Origin: the human T2T-CHM13v2.0 reference genome, Homo sapiens
Assembly (NCBI RefSeq): GCF_009914755.1
Contig: NC_060928.1
Strand: one strand, 5' to 3'
DNA: 64,000 nucleotides
Shown here in pieces: positions 53,217 through 64,000 of this stretch; positions within the stretch are counted from its first letter, which is position 1; each line of letters opens with the position of its first letter. The translations under genes and the position numbers were made by a program. The notes beneath the pieces are model-generated. The model was not told the DNA's origin, searched no databases, and was given only the letters and a program-made list of their open reading frames with translations.

Positions 53217-56200
53217 TTTGTGATGTGTGTATTCAACTAACAGAGTTGAACTTTTGTTTTTACAGAGCCGTTTTAAAACACTCTTTTTGTGGAATCAGAA
53301 AGTGGATATTCGGATGGCTCTGAGGATTTCGTTGGAAGCGGGATTACATATAAAATCTAGAGAGAAGCATTCTCAGGAACTTCTTTGTGATGTTTGCATT
53401 GAAGTCACAGAATTGAACATTCACTTTGATAGAGCAGGTTTGAAACACTCATTCTGTAGTATCTGGAAGTGGACATTTCAAGCGCTTTCAGGCCTATGGT
53501 GAGAAAGGAAATATCTTCGAATAAAAACTAGACAGAAGCATCCTCAGAAACTTATTTGTGATGTGTGTCCTCAACTAACAGAGTTGAAACTTTGTTTTGA
53601 TACAGCATTTTGGAAACACTCTTTTTGTAGAATCTGCAGGTGGATATTTGGATAGCTTAGAGGGATTCGTTGGAAAGGGGATATCTTCATATAAAATCTA
53701 GACAGAAGCATTCTCAGAAACTTATTTGTGATGTGTGTCCTCAACTAACAGAGTTGAACCTTGGTTTTGATACAGCATTTTGGAAACACTCCTTTTGTAG
53801 AATCTGCAGGTGGATATGTGGATAGCTCTGAAGATTTCGTTGGAAACGGGAATTTCTTCATATAAAATCAAACAGAAGCATTCTCAGAAACTTCTCAGTG
53901 ATGTTTGCATTCAGCTCATGGAGTTGAACACTTCCTTTCATAGAGCCGGTTTGAAACACTCTTTCTGCACTACCTGGAAGAGGACATTTCGAGCGCTTTG
54001 AGTCCTATGGTGAAAAAGGAAATATCTTCTCATAAAAACCAGAAAGAAGCATTCTCAGAAACTTCTTTGTGTTGTGTGTACTCATGTAACAGTGTTGAAC
54101 CATCCTTTTGACAGAGCAGTTTTGAAACACTCTTTTTGTAGAATCTGCAAGTGGATATTTGGATAGCTTTGAGGATTTCGTTGGAAACGGGATGACATAT
54201 AATATCTAGAGAGAAGCATTCTCAGGAACTTCTTTGTGATGTTTGCATTCAAGTCACAGAATTGAACATTCCCTTTCATAGAGCAGGTTTGAAACACTCT
54301 TTCTCTAGTATCTGGAAGTGGGCATTTCAAGCGCTTTCAGGCCTATGGAGAGAAAGGAAATACCTTCAAATAAAAACTAGACAGAAGCATTCTCAGAAAC
54401 TTATTTGTGATGTGTGTCCTCAACTAACAGAGTTGAACCTTTGTTTTGATACAGCATTTTGGAAACACTCCTTTTGTAGAATCTGCAGGTGGATATTTGG
54501 ATAACTTTGAAGATTTCGTTGGAAACCGGAATATCTTCATATAAAATCAAGACAGAAGCATTCTCGGAAACATCTCTGTGATGTTTGCATTCAACTCAGT
54601 AGAGTTGAACACTTCCTTTCATAGAGCAGGTTTGAAACACTCTTTCTGCACTACCTGGAAGCGGACATTTCGAGCGCTTTGAGGCCTATGGTGAAAAAGG
54701 AAATATCTTCTCATAAAAACCAGAAAGAAGCATTCTCAGAAACTTCTTTGTGTTGTGTGTACTCAAGTAACAGTGTTGAACCTTCCTTTTGACACAGCAG
54801 TTTTGAAACACTCTTTTGGTAGAATCTGCAAGTGGATATTTGGATAGGTTTGAGGATTTCGTTGGAAACGGGTTATCTTCATATAAAATCCAGACAGGAG
54901 CATTCTCAGAAACTTCTTTGTGCTGCATGTCCTCAATTCACAGAGCTGAACCTTTGTTTGGATACAGCATTTTGGAAACATTCCTTTAGTAGAATCTGCA
55001 AGTTGATATTTAGATAGCTTTGAAGATTTCGTTGGTAACGGGAATATCTTCATAGAAAATCTAGACGGAAGCATTCTCAGAAACTGCTTTGTGATGTTTG
55101 CATTCAAGTCACAGAGTTGAATATTCCCTTTTATAGAGTAGGTTTGAAACACTCTTTCGGCACTACCTGGAAGTGGATATTTCGAGCTCTTTGAGGCCTA
55201 TGGTTAAAAGGAAATATCTTCCCATAAAAACTAGACAGAAGCCGTCTCAGAAACTTGTTTGTGATGTGTGTATTCAACTACCAGAGTTGAACATTTCTGT
55301 TACAGAGCAATTTTAAAACACTCTTTTTGTGGAATCTGAAAGTGGATAATTGGATAGCTTTGTGGATTTCGTTGGAAACGGGATGACGTATAAAATCTAG
55401 AGAGAAGCATTCTCAGGAACTTCTTTCTGATGTTTGCATTCAAGTCACAGAATTGAACATTCCTTTTCATAGTGCAGGTTTGAAACACTCTTTCTGTAGT
55501 ATCTGGAAGTGGACATTTCAAGCGCTTTCAGGCCTACGGGGAGAAAGGAAATATCTTCAAATAAAAACTAGACAGAAGGATTCTCAGAAACTTATTTGTG
55601 ATGTGTGTCCTAAACGAACACAGTTGAACCTTTGTTTTGATACAGCATTTTGGAAACACTCCTTTTGTAGGATCTGCAGGTGGATATTTGGATAGATTTT
55701 AAGATTTCGTTGGAAACGGGAGTTTCTTCATAGAAACTCAAGACAGATGCATTCTCAGAAACATCTCTGTGATGTTTGCATTCCACTCATAGAGTTGAAA
55801 ACTTCCTTTCATAGAGCAGGTTTGAAACACTCTTTTTGTAATATTTGGAAGTGGACATTTGCAGCGCTTTGAGGCCTATGGTGAAAAAGGAAATATCTTC
55901 TCATAAAAACCAGAAACAAGCATTCTCAGAAACTTCTTTTTGATGTGTGTACTCAAGTAACAGAGTTGAACCTTCCTTTTGACACAGCAGTTTTGAAACA
56001 ATCTTTTTGTAGAATCTGCAAGTGGATATTTGGATAGCTTTGAGGATTTCGTTGGAAACGGGATATCTTCATATAAAATCTAGACAGAAGCATTCTCAGA
56101 AACTTCTTTGTGCTGTATGTCCTCAATTAACAGAGTTGAACCATTGCTTGGATACAGCATTTTGGAAACATTCCTTGAGTAGAATCTGCAAGTTGATATT

Positions 56201-59200
56201 TAGATAGATTTGAAGATTTCGTTGGAAAAGGGAATATCTCCATATAAAATCTAGAGGGAAGCATTCTCAGAAACTGCTTTGTGATGTTTCCATTCAAGTC
56301 ACAGAGTTGAATATTCCCTTTTATAGAGCACGTTTGAAACACTCTTTCTGCACTATCTGGAAGTGGACATTTCGAGCGCTTTGAGGCCTATGGTGAAAAA
56401 GGAAATATCTTCCCATAAAAACTAGACAGAAGCATTCTCAGAAACTTGTTTGTGATGTGTGTATTCAACTAACAGAGTTGAACTTTTGTTTTTACAGAGC
56501 CGTTTTAAAACACTCTTTTTGTGGAATCAGAAAGTGGATATTCGGATGGCTCTGAGGATTTCGTTGGAAGCGGGATTACATATAAAATCTAGAGAGAAGC
56601 ATTCTCAGGAACTTCTTTGTGATGTTTGCATTGAAGTCACAGAATTGAACATTCACTTTGATAGAGCAGGTTTGAAACACTCATTCTGTAGTATCTGGAA
56701 GTGGACATTTCAAGCGCTTTCAGGCCTATGGTGAGAAAGGAAATATCTTCGAATAAAAACTAGACAGAAGCATCCTCAGAAACTTATTTGTGATGTGTGT
56801 CCTCAACTAACAGAGTTGAAACTTTGTTTTGATACAGCATTTTGGAAACACTCTTTTTGTAGAATCTGCAGGTGGATATTTGGATAGCTTAGAGGGATTC
56901 GTTGGAAAGGGGATATCTTCATATAAAATCTAGACAGAAGCATTCTCAGAAACTTATTTGTGATGTGTGTCCTCAACTAACAGAGTTGAACCTTGGTTTT
57001 GATACAGCATTTTGGAAACGCTCCTTTTGTAGAATCTGCAGGTGGATATGTGGATAGCTCTGAAGATTTCGTTGGAAACGGGAATTTCTTCATATAAAAT
57101 CAAACAGAAGCATTCTCAGAAACTTCTCAGTGATGTTTGCATTCAGCTCATGGAGTTGAACACTTCCTTTCATAGAGCCGGTTTGAAACACTCTTTCTGC
57201 ACTACCTGGAAGAGGACATTTCGAGCGCTTTGAGTCCTATGGTGAAAAAGGAAATATCTTCTCATAAAAACCAGAAAGAAGCATTCTCAGAAACTTCTTT
57301 GTGTTGTGTGTACTCATGTAACAGTGTTGAACCATCCTTTTGACAGAGCAGTTTTGAAACACTCTTTTTGTAGAATCTGCAAGTGGATATTTGGATAGCT
57401 TTGAGGATTTCGTTGGAAACGGGATGACATATAATATCTAGAGAGAAGCATACTCAGGAACTTCTTTGTGATGTTTGCATTCAAGTCACAGAATTGAACA
57501 TTCCCTTTCATAGAGCAGGTTTGAAACACTCTTTCTCTAGTATCTGGAAGTGGGCATTTCAAGCGCTTTCAGGCCTATGGAGAGAAAGGAAATACCTTCA
57601 AATAAAAACTAGACAGAAGCATTCTCAGAAACTTATTTGTGATGTGTGTCCTCAACTAACAGAGTTGAACCTTTGTTTTGATACAGCATTTTGGAAACAC
57701 TCCTTTTGTAGAATCTGCAGGTGGATATTTGGATAACTTTGAAGATTTCGTTGGAAACCGGAATATCTTCATATAAAATCAAGACAGAAGCATTCTCGGA
57801 AACATCTCTGTGATGTTTGCATTCAACTCAGTAGAGTTGAACACTTCCTTTCATAGAGCAGGTTTGAAACACTCTTTCTGCACTACCTGGAAGCGGACAT
57901 TTCGAGCGCTTTGAGGCCTATGGTGAAAAAGGAAATATCTTCTCATAAAAACCAGAAAGAAGCATTCTCAGAAACTTCTTTGTGTTGTGTGTACTCAAGT
58001 AACAGTGTTGAACCTTCCTTTTGACACAGCAGTTTTGAAACACTCTTTTGGTAGAATCTGCAAGTGGATATTTGGATAGCTTTGAGGATTTCGTTGGAAA
58101 CGGGTTATCTTCATATAAAATCCAGACAGGAGCATTCTCAGAAACTTCTTTGTGCTGCATGTCCTCAATTCACAGAGCTGAACCTTTGTTTGGATACAGC
58201 ATTTTGGAAACATTCCTTTAGTAGAATCTGCAAGTTGATATTTAGATAGCTTTGAAGATTTCGTTGGAAACGGGAATATCTTCATAGAAAATCTAGACGG
58301 AAGCATTCTCAGAAACTGCTTTGTGATGTTTGCATTCAAGTCACAGAGTTGAATATTCCCTTTTATAGAGTAGGTTTGAAACACTCTTTCGGCACTACCT
58401 GGAAGTGGATATTTCGAGCTCTTTGAGGCCTATGGTTAAAAGGAAATATCTTCCCATAAAAACTAGACAGAAGCCGTCTCAGAAACTTGTTTGTGATGTG
58501 TGTATTCAACTACCAGAGTTGAACATTTCTGTTACAGAGCAATTTTAAAACACTCTTTTTGTGGAATCTGAAAGTGGATAATTGGATAGCTTTGTGGATT
58601 TCGTTGGAAACGGGATGACGTATAAAATCTAGAGAGAAGCATTCTCAGGAACTTCTTTCTGATGTTTGCATTCAAGTCACAGAATTGAACATTCCTTTTC
58701 ATAGTGCAGGTTTGAAACACTCTTTCTGTAGTATCTGGAAGTGGACATTTCAAGCGCTTTCAGGCCTACGGGGAGAAAGGAAATATCTTCAAATAAAAAC
58801 TAGACAGAAGGATTCTCAGAAACTTATTTGTGATGTGTGTCCTAAACGAACACAGTTGAACCTTTGTTTTGATACAGCATTTTGGAAACACTCCTTTTGT
58901 AGGATCTGCAGGTGGATATTTGGATAGATTTTAAGATTTCGTTGGAAACGGGAGTTTCTTCATAGAAACTCAAGACAGATGCATTCTCAGAAACATCTCT
59001 GTGATGTTTGCATTCCACTCATAGAGTTGAAAACTTCCTTTCATAGAGCAGGTTTGAAACACTCTTTTTGTAATATTTGGAAGTGGACATTTGCAGCGCT
59101 TTGAGGCCTATGGTGAAAAAGGAAATATCTTCTCATAAAAACCAGAAACAAGCATTCTCAGAAACTTCTTTTTGATGTGTGTACTCAAGTAACAGAGTTG

Positions 59201-62200
59201 AACCTTCCTTTTGACACAGCAGTTTTGAAACAATCTTTTTGTAGAATCTGCAAGTGGATATTTGGATAGCTTTGAGGATTTCGTTGGAAACGGGATATCT
59301 TCATATAAAATCTAGACAGAAGCATTCTCAGAAACTTCTTTGTGCTGTATGTCCTCAATTAACAGAGTTGAACCATTGCTTGGATACAGCATTTTGGAAA
59401 CATTCCTTGAGTAGAATCTGCAAGTTGATATTTAGATAGATTTGAAGATTTCGTTGGAAAAGGGAATATCTCCATATAAAATCTAGAGGGAAGCATTCTC
59501 AGAAACTGCTTTGTGATGTTTCCATTCAAGTCACAGAGTTGAATATTCCCTTTTATAGAGCACGTTTGAAACACTCTTTCTGCACTATCTGGAAGTGGAC
59601 ATTTCGAGCGCTTTGAGGCCTATGGTGAAAAAGGAAATATCTTCCCATAAAAACTAGACAGAAGCATTCTCAGAAACTTGTTTGTGATGTGTGTATTCAA
59701 CTAACAGAGTTGAACTTTTGTTTTTACAGAGCCGTTTTAAAACACTCTTTTTGTGGAATCAGAAAGTGGATATTCGGATGGCTCTGAGGATTTCGTTGGA
59801 AGCGGGATTACATATAAAATCTAGAGAGAAGCATTCTCAGGAACTTCTTTGTGATGTTTGCATTGAAGTCACAGAATTGAACATTCACTTTGATAGAGCA
59901 GGTTTGAAACACTCATTCTGTAGTATCTGGAAGTGGACATTTCAAGCGCTTTCAGGCCTATGGTGAGAAAGGAAATATCTTCGAATAAAAACTAGACAGA
60001 AGCATCCTCAGAAACTTATTTGTGATGTGTGTCCTCAACTAACAGAGTTGAAACTTTGTTTTGATACAGCATTTTGGAAACACTCTTTTTGTAGAATCTG
60101 CAGGTGGATATTTGGATAGCTTAGAGGGATTCGTTGGAAAGGGGATATCTTCATATAAAATCTAGACAGAAGCATTCTCAGAAACTTATTTGTGATGTGT
60201 GTCCTCAACTAACAGAGTTGAACCTTGGTTTTGATACAGCATTTTGGAAACGCTCCTTTTGTAGAATCTGCAGGTGGATATGTGGATAGCTCTGAAGATT
60301 TCGTTGGAAACGGGAATTTCTTCATATAAAATCAAACAGAAGCATTCTCAGAAACTTCTCAGTGATGTTTGCATTCAGCTCATGGAGTTGAACACTTCCT
60401 TTCATAGAGCCGGTTTGAAACACTCTTTCTGCACTACCTGGAAGAGGACATTTCGAGCGCTTTGAGTCCTATGGTGAAAAAGGAAATATCTTCTCATAAA
60501 AACCAGAAAGAAGCATTCTCAGAAACTTCTTTGTGTTGTGTGTACTCATGTAACAGTGTTGAACCATCCTTTTGACAGAGCAGTTTTGAAACACTCTTTT
60601 TGTAGAATCTGCAAGTGGATATTTGGATAGCTTTGAGGATTTCGTTGGAAACGGGATGACATATAATATCTAGAGAGAAGCATACTCAGGAACTTCTTTG
60701 TGATGTTTGCATTCAAGTCACAGAATTGAACATTCCCTTTCATAGAGCAGGTTTGAAACACTCTTTCTCTAGTATCTGGAAGTGGGCATTTCAAGCGCTT
60801 TCAGGCCTATGGAGAGAAAGGAAATACCTTCAAATAAAAACTAGACAGAAGCATTCTCAGAAACTTATTTGTGATGTGTGTCCTCAACTAACAGAGTTGA
60901 ACCTTTGTTTTGATACAGCATTTTGGAAACACTCCTTTTGTAGAATCTGCAGGTGGATATTTGGATAACTTTGAAGATTTCGTTGGAAACCGGAATATCT
61001 TCATATAAAATCAAGACAGAAGCATTCTCGGAAACATCTCTGTGATGTTTGCATTCAACTCAGTAGAGTTGAACACTTCCTTTCATAGAGCAGGTTTGAA
61101 ACACTCTTTCTGCACTACCTGGAAGCGGACATTTCGAGCGCTTTGAGGCCTATGGTGAAAAAGGAAATATCTTCTCATAAAAACCAGAAAGAAGCATTCT
61201 CAGAAACTTCTTTGTGTTGTGTGTACTCAAGTAACAGTGTTGAACCTTCCTTTTGACACAGCAGTTTTGAAACACTCTTTTGGTAGAATCTGCAAGTGGA
61301 TATTTGGATAGCTTTGAGGATTTCGTTGGAAACGGGTTATCTTCATATAAAATCCAGACAGGAGCATTCTCAGAAACTTCTTTGTGCTGCATGTCCTCAA
61401 TTCACAGAGCTGAACCTTTGTTTGGATACAGCATTTTGGAAACATTCCTTTAGTAGAATCTGCAAGTTGATATTTAGATAGCTTTGAAGATTTCGTTGGA
61501 AACGGGAATATCTTCATAGAAAATCTAGACGGAAGCATTCTCAGAAACTGCTTTGTGATGTTTGCATTCAAGTCACAGAGTTGAATATTCCCTTTTATAG
61601 AGTAGGTTTGAAACACTCTTTCGGCACTACCTGGAAGTGGATATTTCGAGCTCTTTGAGGCCTATGGTTAAAAGGAAATATCTTCCCATAAAAACTAGAC
61701 AGAAGCCGTCTCAGAAACTTGTTTGTGATGTGTGTATTCAACTACCAGAGTTGAACATTTCTGTTACAGAGCAATTTTAAAACACTCTTTTTGTGGAATC
61801 TGAAAGTGGATAATTGGATAGCTTTGTGGATTTCGTTGGAAACGGGATGACGTATAAAATCTAGAGAGAAGCATTCTCAGGAACTTCTTTCTGATGTTTG
61901 CATTCAAGTCACAGAATTGAACATTCCTTTTCATAGTGCAGGTTTGAAACACTCTTTCTGTAGTATCTGGAAGTGGACATTTCAAGCGCTTTCAGGCCTA
62001 CGGGGAGAAAGGAAATATCTTCAAATAAAAACTAGACAGAAGGATTCTCAGAAACTTATTTGTGATGTGTGTCCTAAACGAACACAGTTGAACCTTTGTT
62101 TTGATACAGCATTTTGGAAACACTCCTTTTGTAGGATCTGCAGGTGGATATTTGGATAGATTTTAAGATTTCGTTGGAAACGGGAGTTTCTTCATAGAAA

Positions 62201-64000
62201 CTCAAGACAGATGCATTCTCAGAAACATCTCTGTGATGTTTGCATTCCACTCATAGAGTTGAAAACTTCCTTTCATAGAGCAGGTTTGAAACACTCTTTT
62301 TGTAATATTTGGAAGTGGACATTTGCAGCGCTTTGAGGCCTATGGTGAAAAAGGAAATATCTTCTCATAAAAACCAGAAACAAGCATTCTCAGAAACTTC
62401 TTTTTGATGTGTGTACTCAAGTAACAGAGTTGAACCTTCCTTTTGACACAGCAGTTTTGAAACAATCTTTTTGTAGAATCTGCAAGTGGATATTTGGATA
62501 GCTTTGAGGATTTCGTTGGAAACGGGATATCTTCATATAAAATCTAGACAGAAGCATTCTCAGAAACTTCTTTGTGCTGTATGTCCTCAATTAACAGAGT
62601 TGAACCATTGCTTGGATACAGCATTTTGGAAACATTCCTTGAGTAGAATCTGCAAGTTGATATTTAGATAGATTTGAAGATTTCGTTGGAAAAGGGAATA
62701 TCTCCATAGAAAATCTAGAGGGAAGCATTCTCAGAAACTGCTTTGTGATGTTTCCATTCAAGTCACAGAGTTGAATATTCCCTTTTATAGAGCACGTTTG
62801 AAACACTCTTTCTGCACTATCTGGAAGTGGACATTTCGAGCGCTTTGAGGCCTATGGTGAAAAAGGAAATATCTTCCCATAAAAACTAGACAGAAGCATT
62901 CTCAGAAACTTGTTTGTGATGTGTGTATTCAACTAACAGAGTTGAACTTTTGTTTTTACAGAGCCGTTTTAAAACACTCTTTTTGTGGAATCAGAAAGTG
63001 GATATTCGGATGGCTCTGAGGATTTCGTTGGAAGCGGGATTACATATAAAATCTAGAGAGAAGCATTCTCAGGAACTTCTTTGTGATGTTTGCATTGAAG
63101 TCACAGAATTGAACATTCACTTTGATAGAGCAGGTTTGAAACACTCATTCTGTAGTATCTGGAAGTGGACATTTCAAGCGCTTTCAGGCCTATGGTGAGA
63201 AAGGAAATATCTTCGAATAAAAACTAGACAGAAGCATCCTCAGAAACTTATTTGTGATGTGTGTCCTCAACTAACAGAGTTGAAACTTTGTTTTGATACA
63301 GCATTTTGGAAACACTCTTTTTGTAGAATCTGCAGGTGGATATTTGGATAGCTTAGAGGGATTCGTTGGAAAGGGGATATCTTCATATAAAATCTAGACA
63401 GAAGCATTCTCAGAAACTTATTTGTGATGTGTGTCCTCAACTAACAGAGTTGAACCTTGGTTTTGATACAGCATTTTGGAAACGCTCCTTTTGTAGAATC
63501 TGCAGGTGGATATGTGGATAGCTCTGAAGATTTCGTTGGAAACGGGAATTTCTTCATATAAAATCAAACAGAAGCATTCTCAGAAACTTCTCAGTGATGT
63601 TTGCATTCAGCTCATGGAGTTGAACACTTCCTTTCATAGAGCCGGTTTGAAACACTCTTTCTGCACTACCTGGAAGAGGACATTTCGAGCGCTTTGAGTC
63701 CTATGGTGAAAAAGGAAATATCTTCTCATAAAAACCAGAAAGAAGCATTCTCAGAAACTTCTTTGTGTTGTGTGTACTCATGTAACAGTGTTGAACCATC
63801 CTTTTGACAGAGCAGTTTTGAAACACTCTTTTTGTAGAATCTGCAAGTGGATATTTGGATAGCTTTGAGGATTTCGTTGGAAACGGGATGACATATAATA
63901 TCTAGAGAGAAGCATACTCAGGAACTTCTTTGTGATGTTTGCATTCAAGTCACAGAATTGAACATTCCCTTTCATAGAGCAGGTTTGAAACACTCTTTCT
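53217..64000 (+). repeat. Three tandem 19-mer HORs (53217, 56449, 59681) plus a partial unit from 62913
   Basis: Marker spacings 3232 x3; the last unit is cut by the window end inside m7. Confidence 0.93.

Larger units (their letters stand above)
1..64000 (+). repeat. D4Z1: Alpha-satellite higher-order repeat array (centromeric); 19-mer/3232-bp HOR with 12-mer and 6-mer variants, most likely human chr4 D4Z1 (SF2, S2C4H1L)
   Basis: ~171-bp monomers beginning cattctcagaaact run throughout in the same orientation and carry either a CENP-B-box-type motif (TTCGTTGGAAACGGGA) or a pJ-alpha-type motif (CTATGGTGAAAAAGGAA). Identical ORF-track entries recur at 3232, 2041 and 1017 bp spacings. The alpha-satellite call is essentially certain; the chr4 assignment rests on recalled knowledge that D4Z1 is a 3.2-kb 19-mer. 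Confidence 0.9.

Noticed and set aside
1321-62710. Scattered singleton SNVs (e.g. catagacac about 1328, agtgtaca about 1447, caagtgctt about 27808, attttgat about 30015, cactagctgg about 32724, atagactagg about 42391)
   Set aside because: This is expected background divergence or possible consensus error; I saw no pattern or motif effect.
11-63993. About 200 short ORFs (61-129 aa) recurring on both strands, some Cys/His-rich
   Set aside because: They are translations of alpha-satellite monomers, mostly with GTG/TTG starts. They overlap on both strands, recur at HOR spacings, and show no recognisable domain or gene structure. I used them only as phase markers.
1-64000. CRISPR-like or other repeat-spacer array
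   Set aside because: The sequence between conserved motifs is itself homologous repeat, not unique spacer; the period is about 171 bp and there are no cas genes.
1-64000. Transposon insertion, inversion or non-satellite island
   Set aside because: Unit lengths (16 19-mers, seven 6-mers, two 12-mers, 1088-bp partial) sum exactly to 64000 and all monomers read in one orientation, leaving no room for an insert.

Overview
The whole 64-kb window is one uninterrupted, single-orientation array of primate centromeric alpha-satellite DNA (monomers about 166-172 bp). It is organised as a highly homogeneous higher-order repeat (HOR) of 19 monomers, 3232 bp. That size, with its mix of CENP-B-box (B) and pJ-alpha (A) monomers, fits the live human chromosome 4 array D4Z1 (SF2, S2C4H1L); this assignment is from recall, not a search. 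I found no genes, RNA genes, transposon insertions, inversions or CRISPR, and all listed ORFs are by-products of the repeat. Phasing on the recurring marker 'tttgtgatgtgtgtattcaactaacagagttgaacttttg', the unit order is 12,12,[19,6]x4,19x6,[19,6]x3,19x3,partial. That is 16 full 19-mers, seven 1017-bp 6-mers, two 2041-bp 12-mers and a final partial unit. Monomer labels m1-m19 are my own (m1 starts at 4067). The interesting content is structural: a 4249-bp 25-mer super-repeat in two clusters with linked SNVs, a 6-mer that restores strict B/A alternation, a patchwork m8/m15 monomer, a cluster-specific CENP-B box knockout, and a relic 7+7+1+4 architecture inside the 19-mer. I see no evidence of a new protein-coding system.
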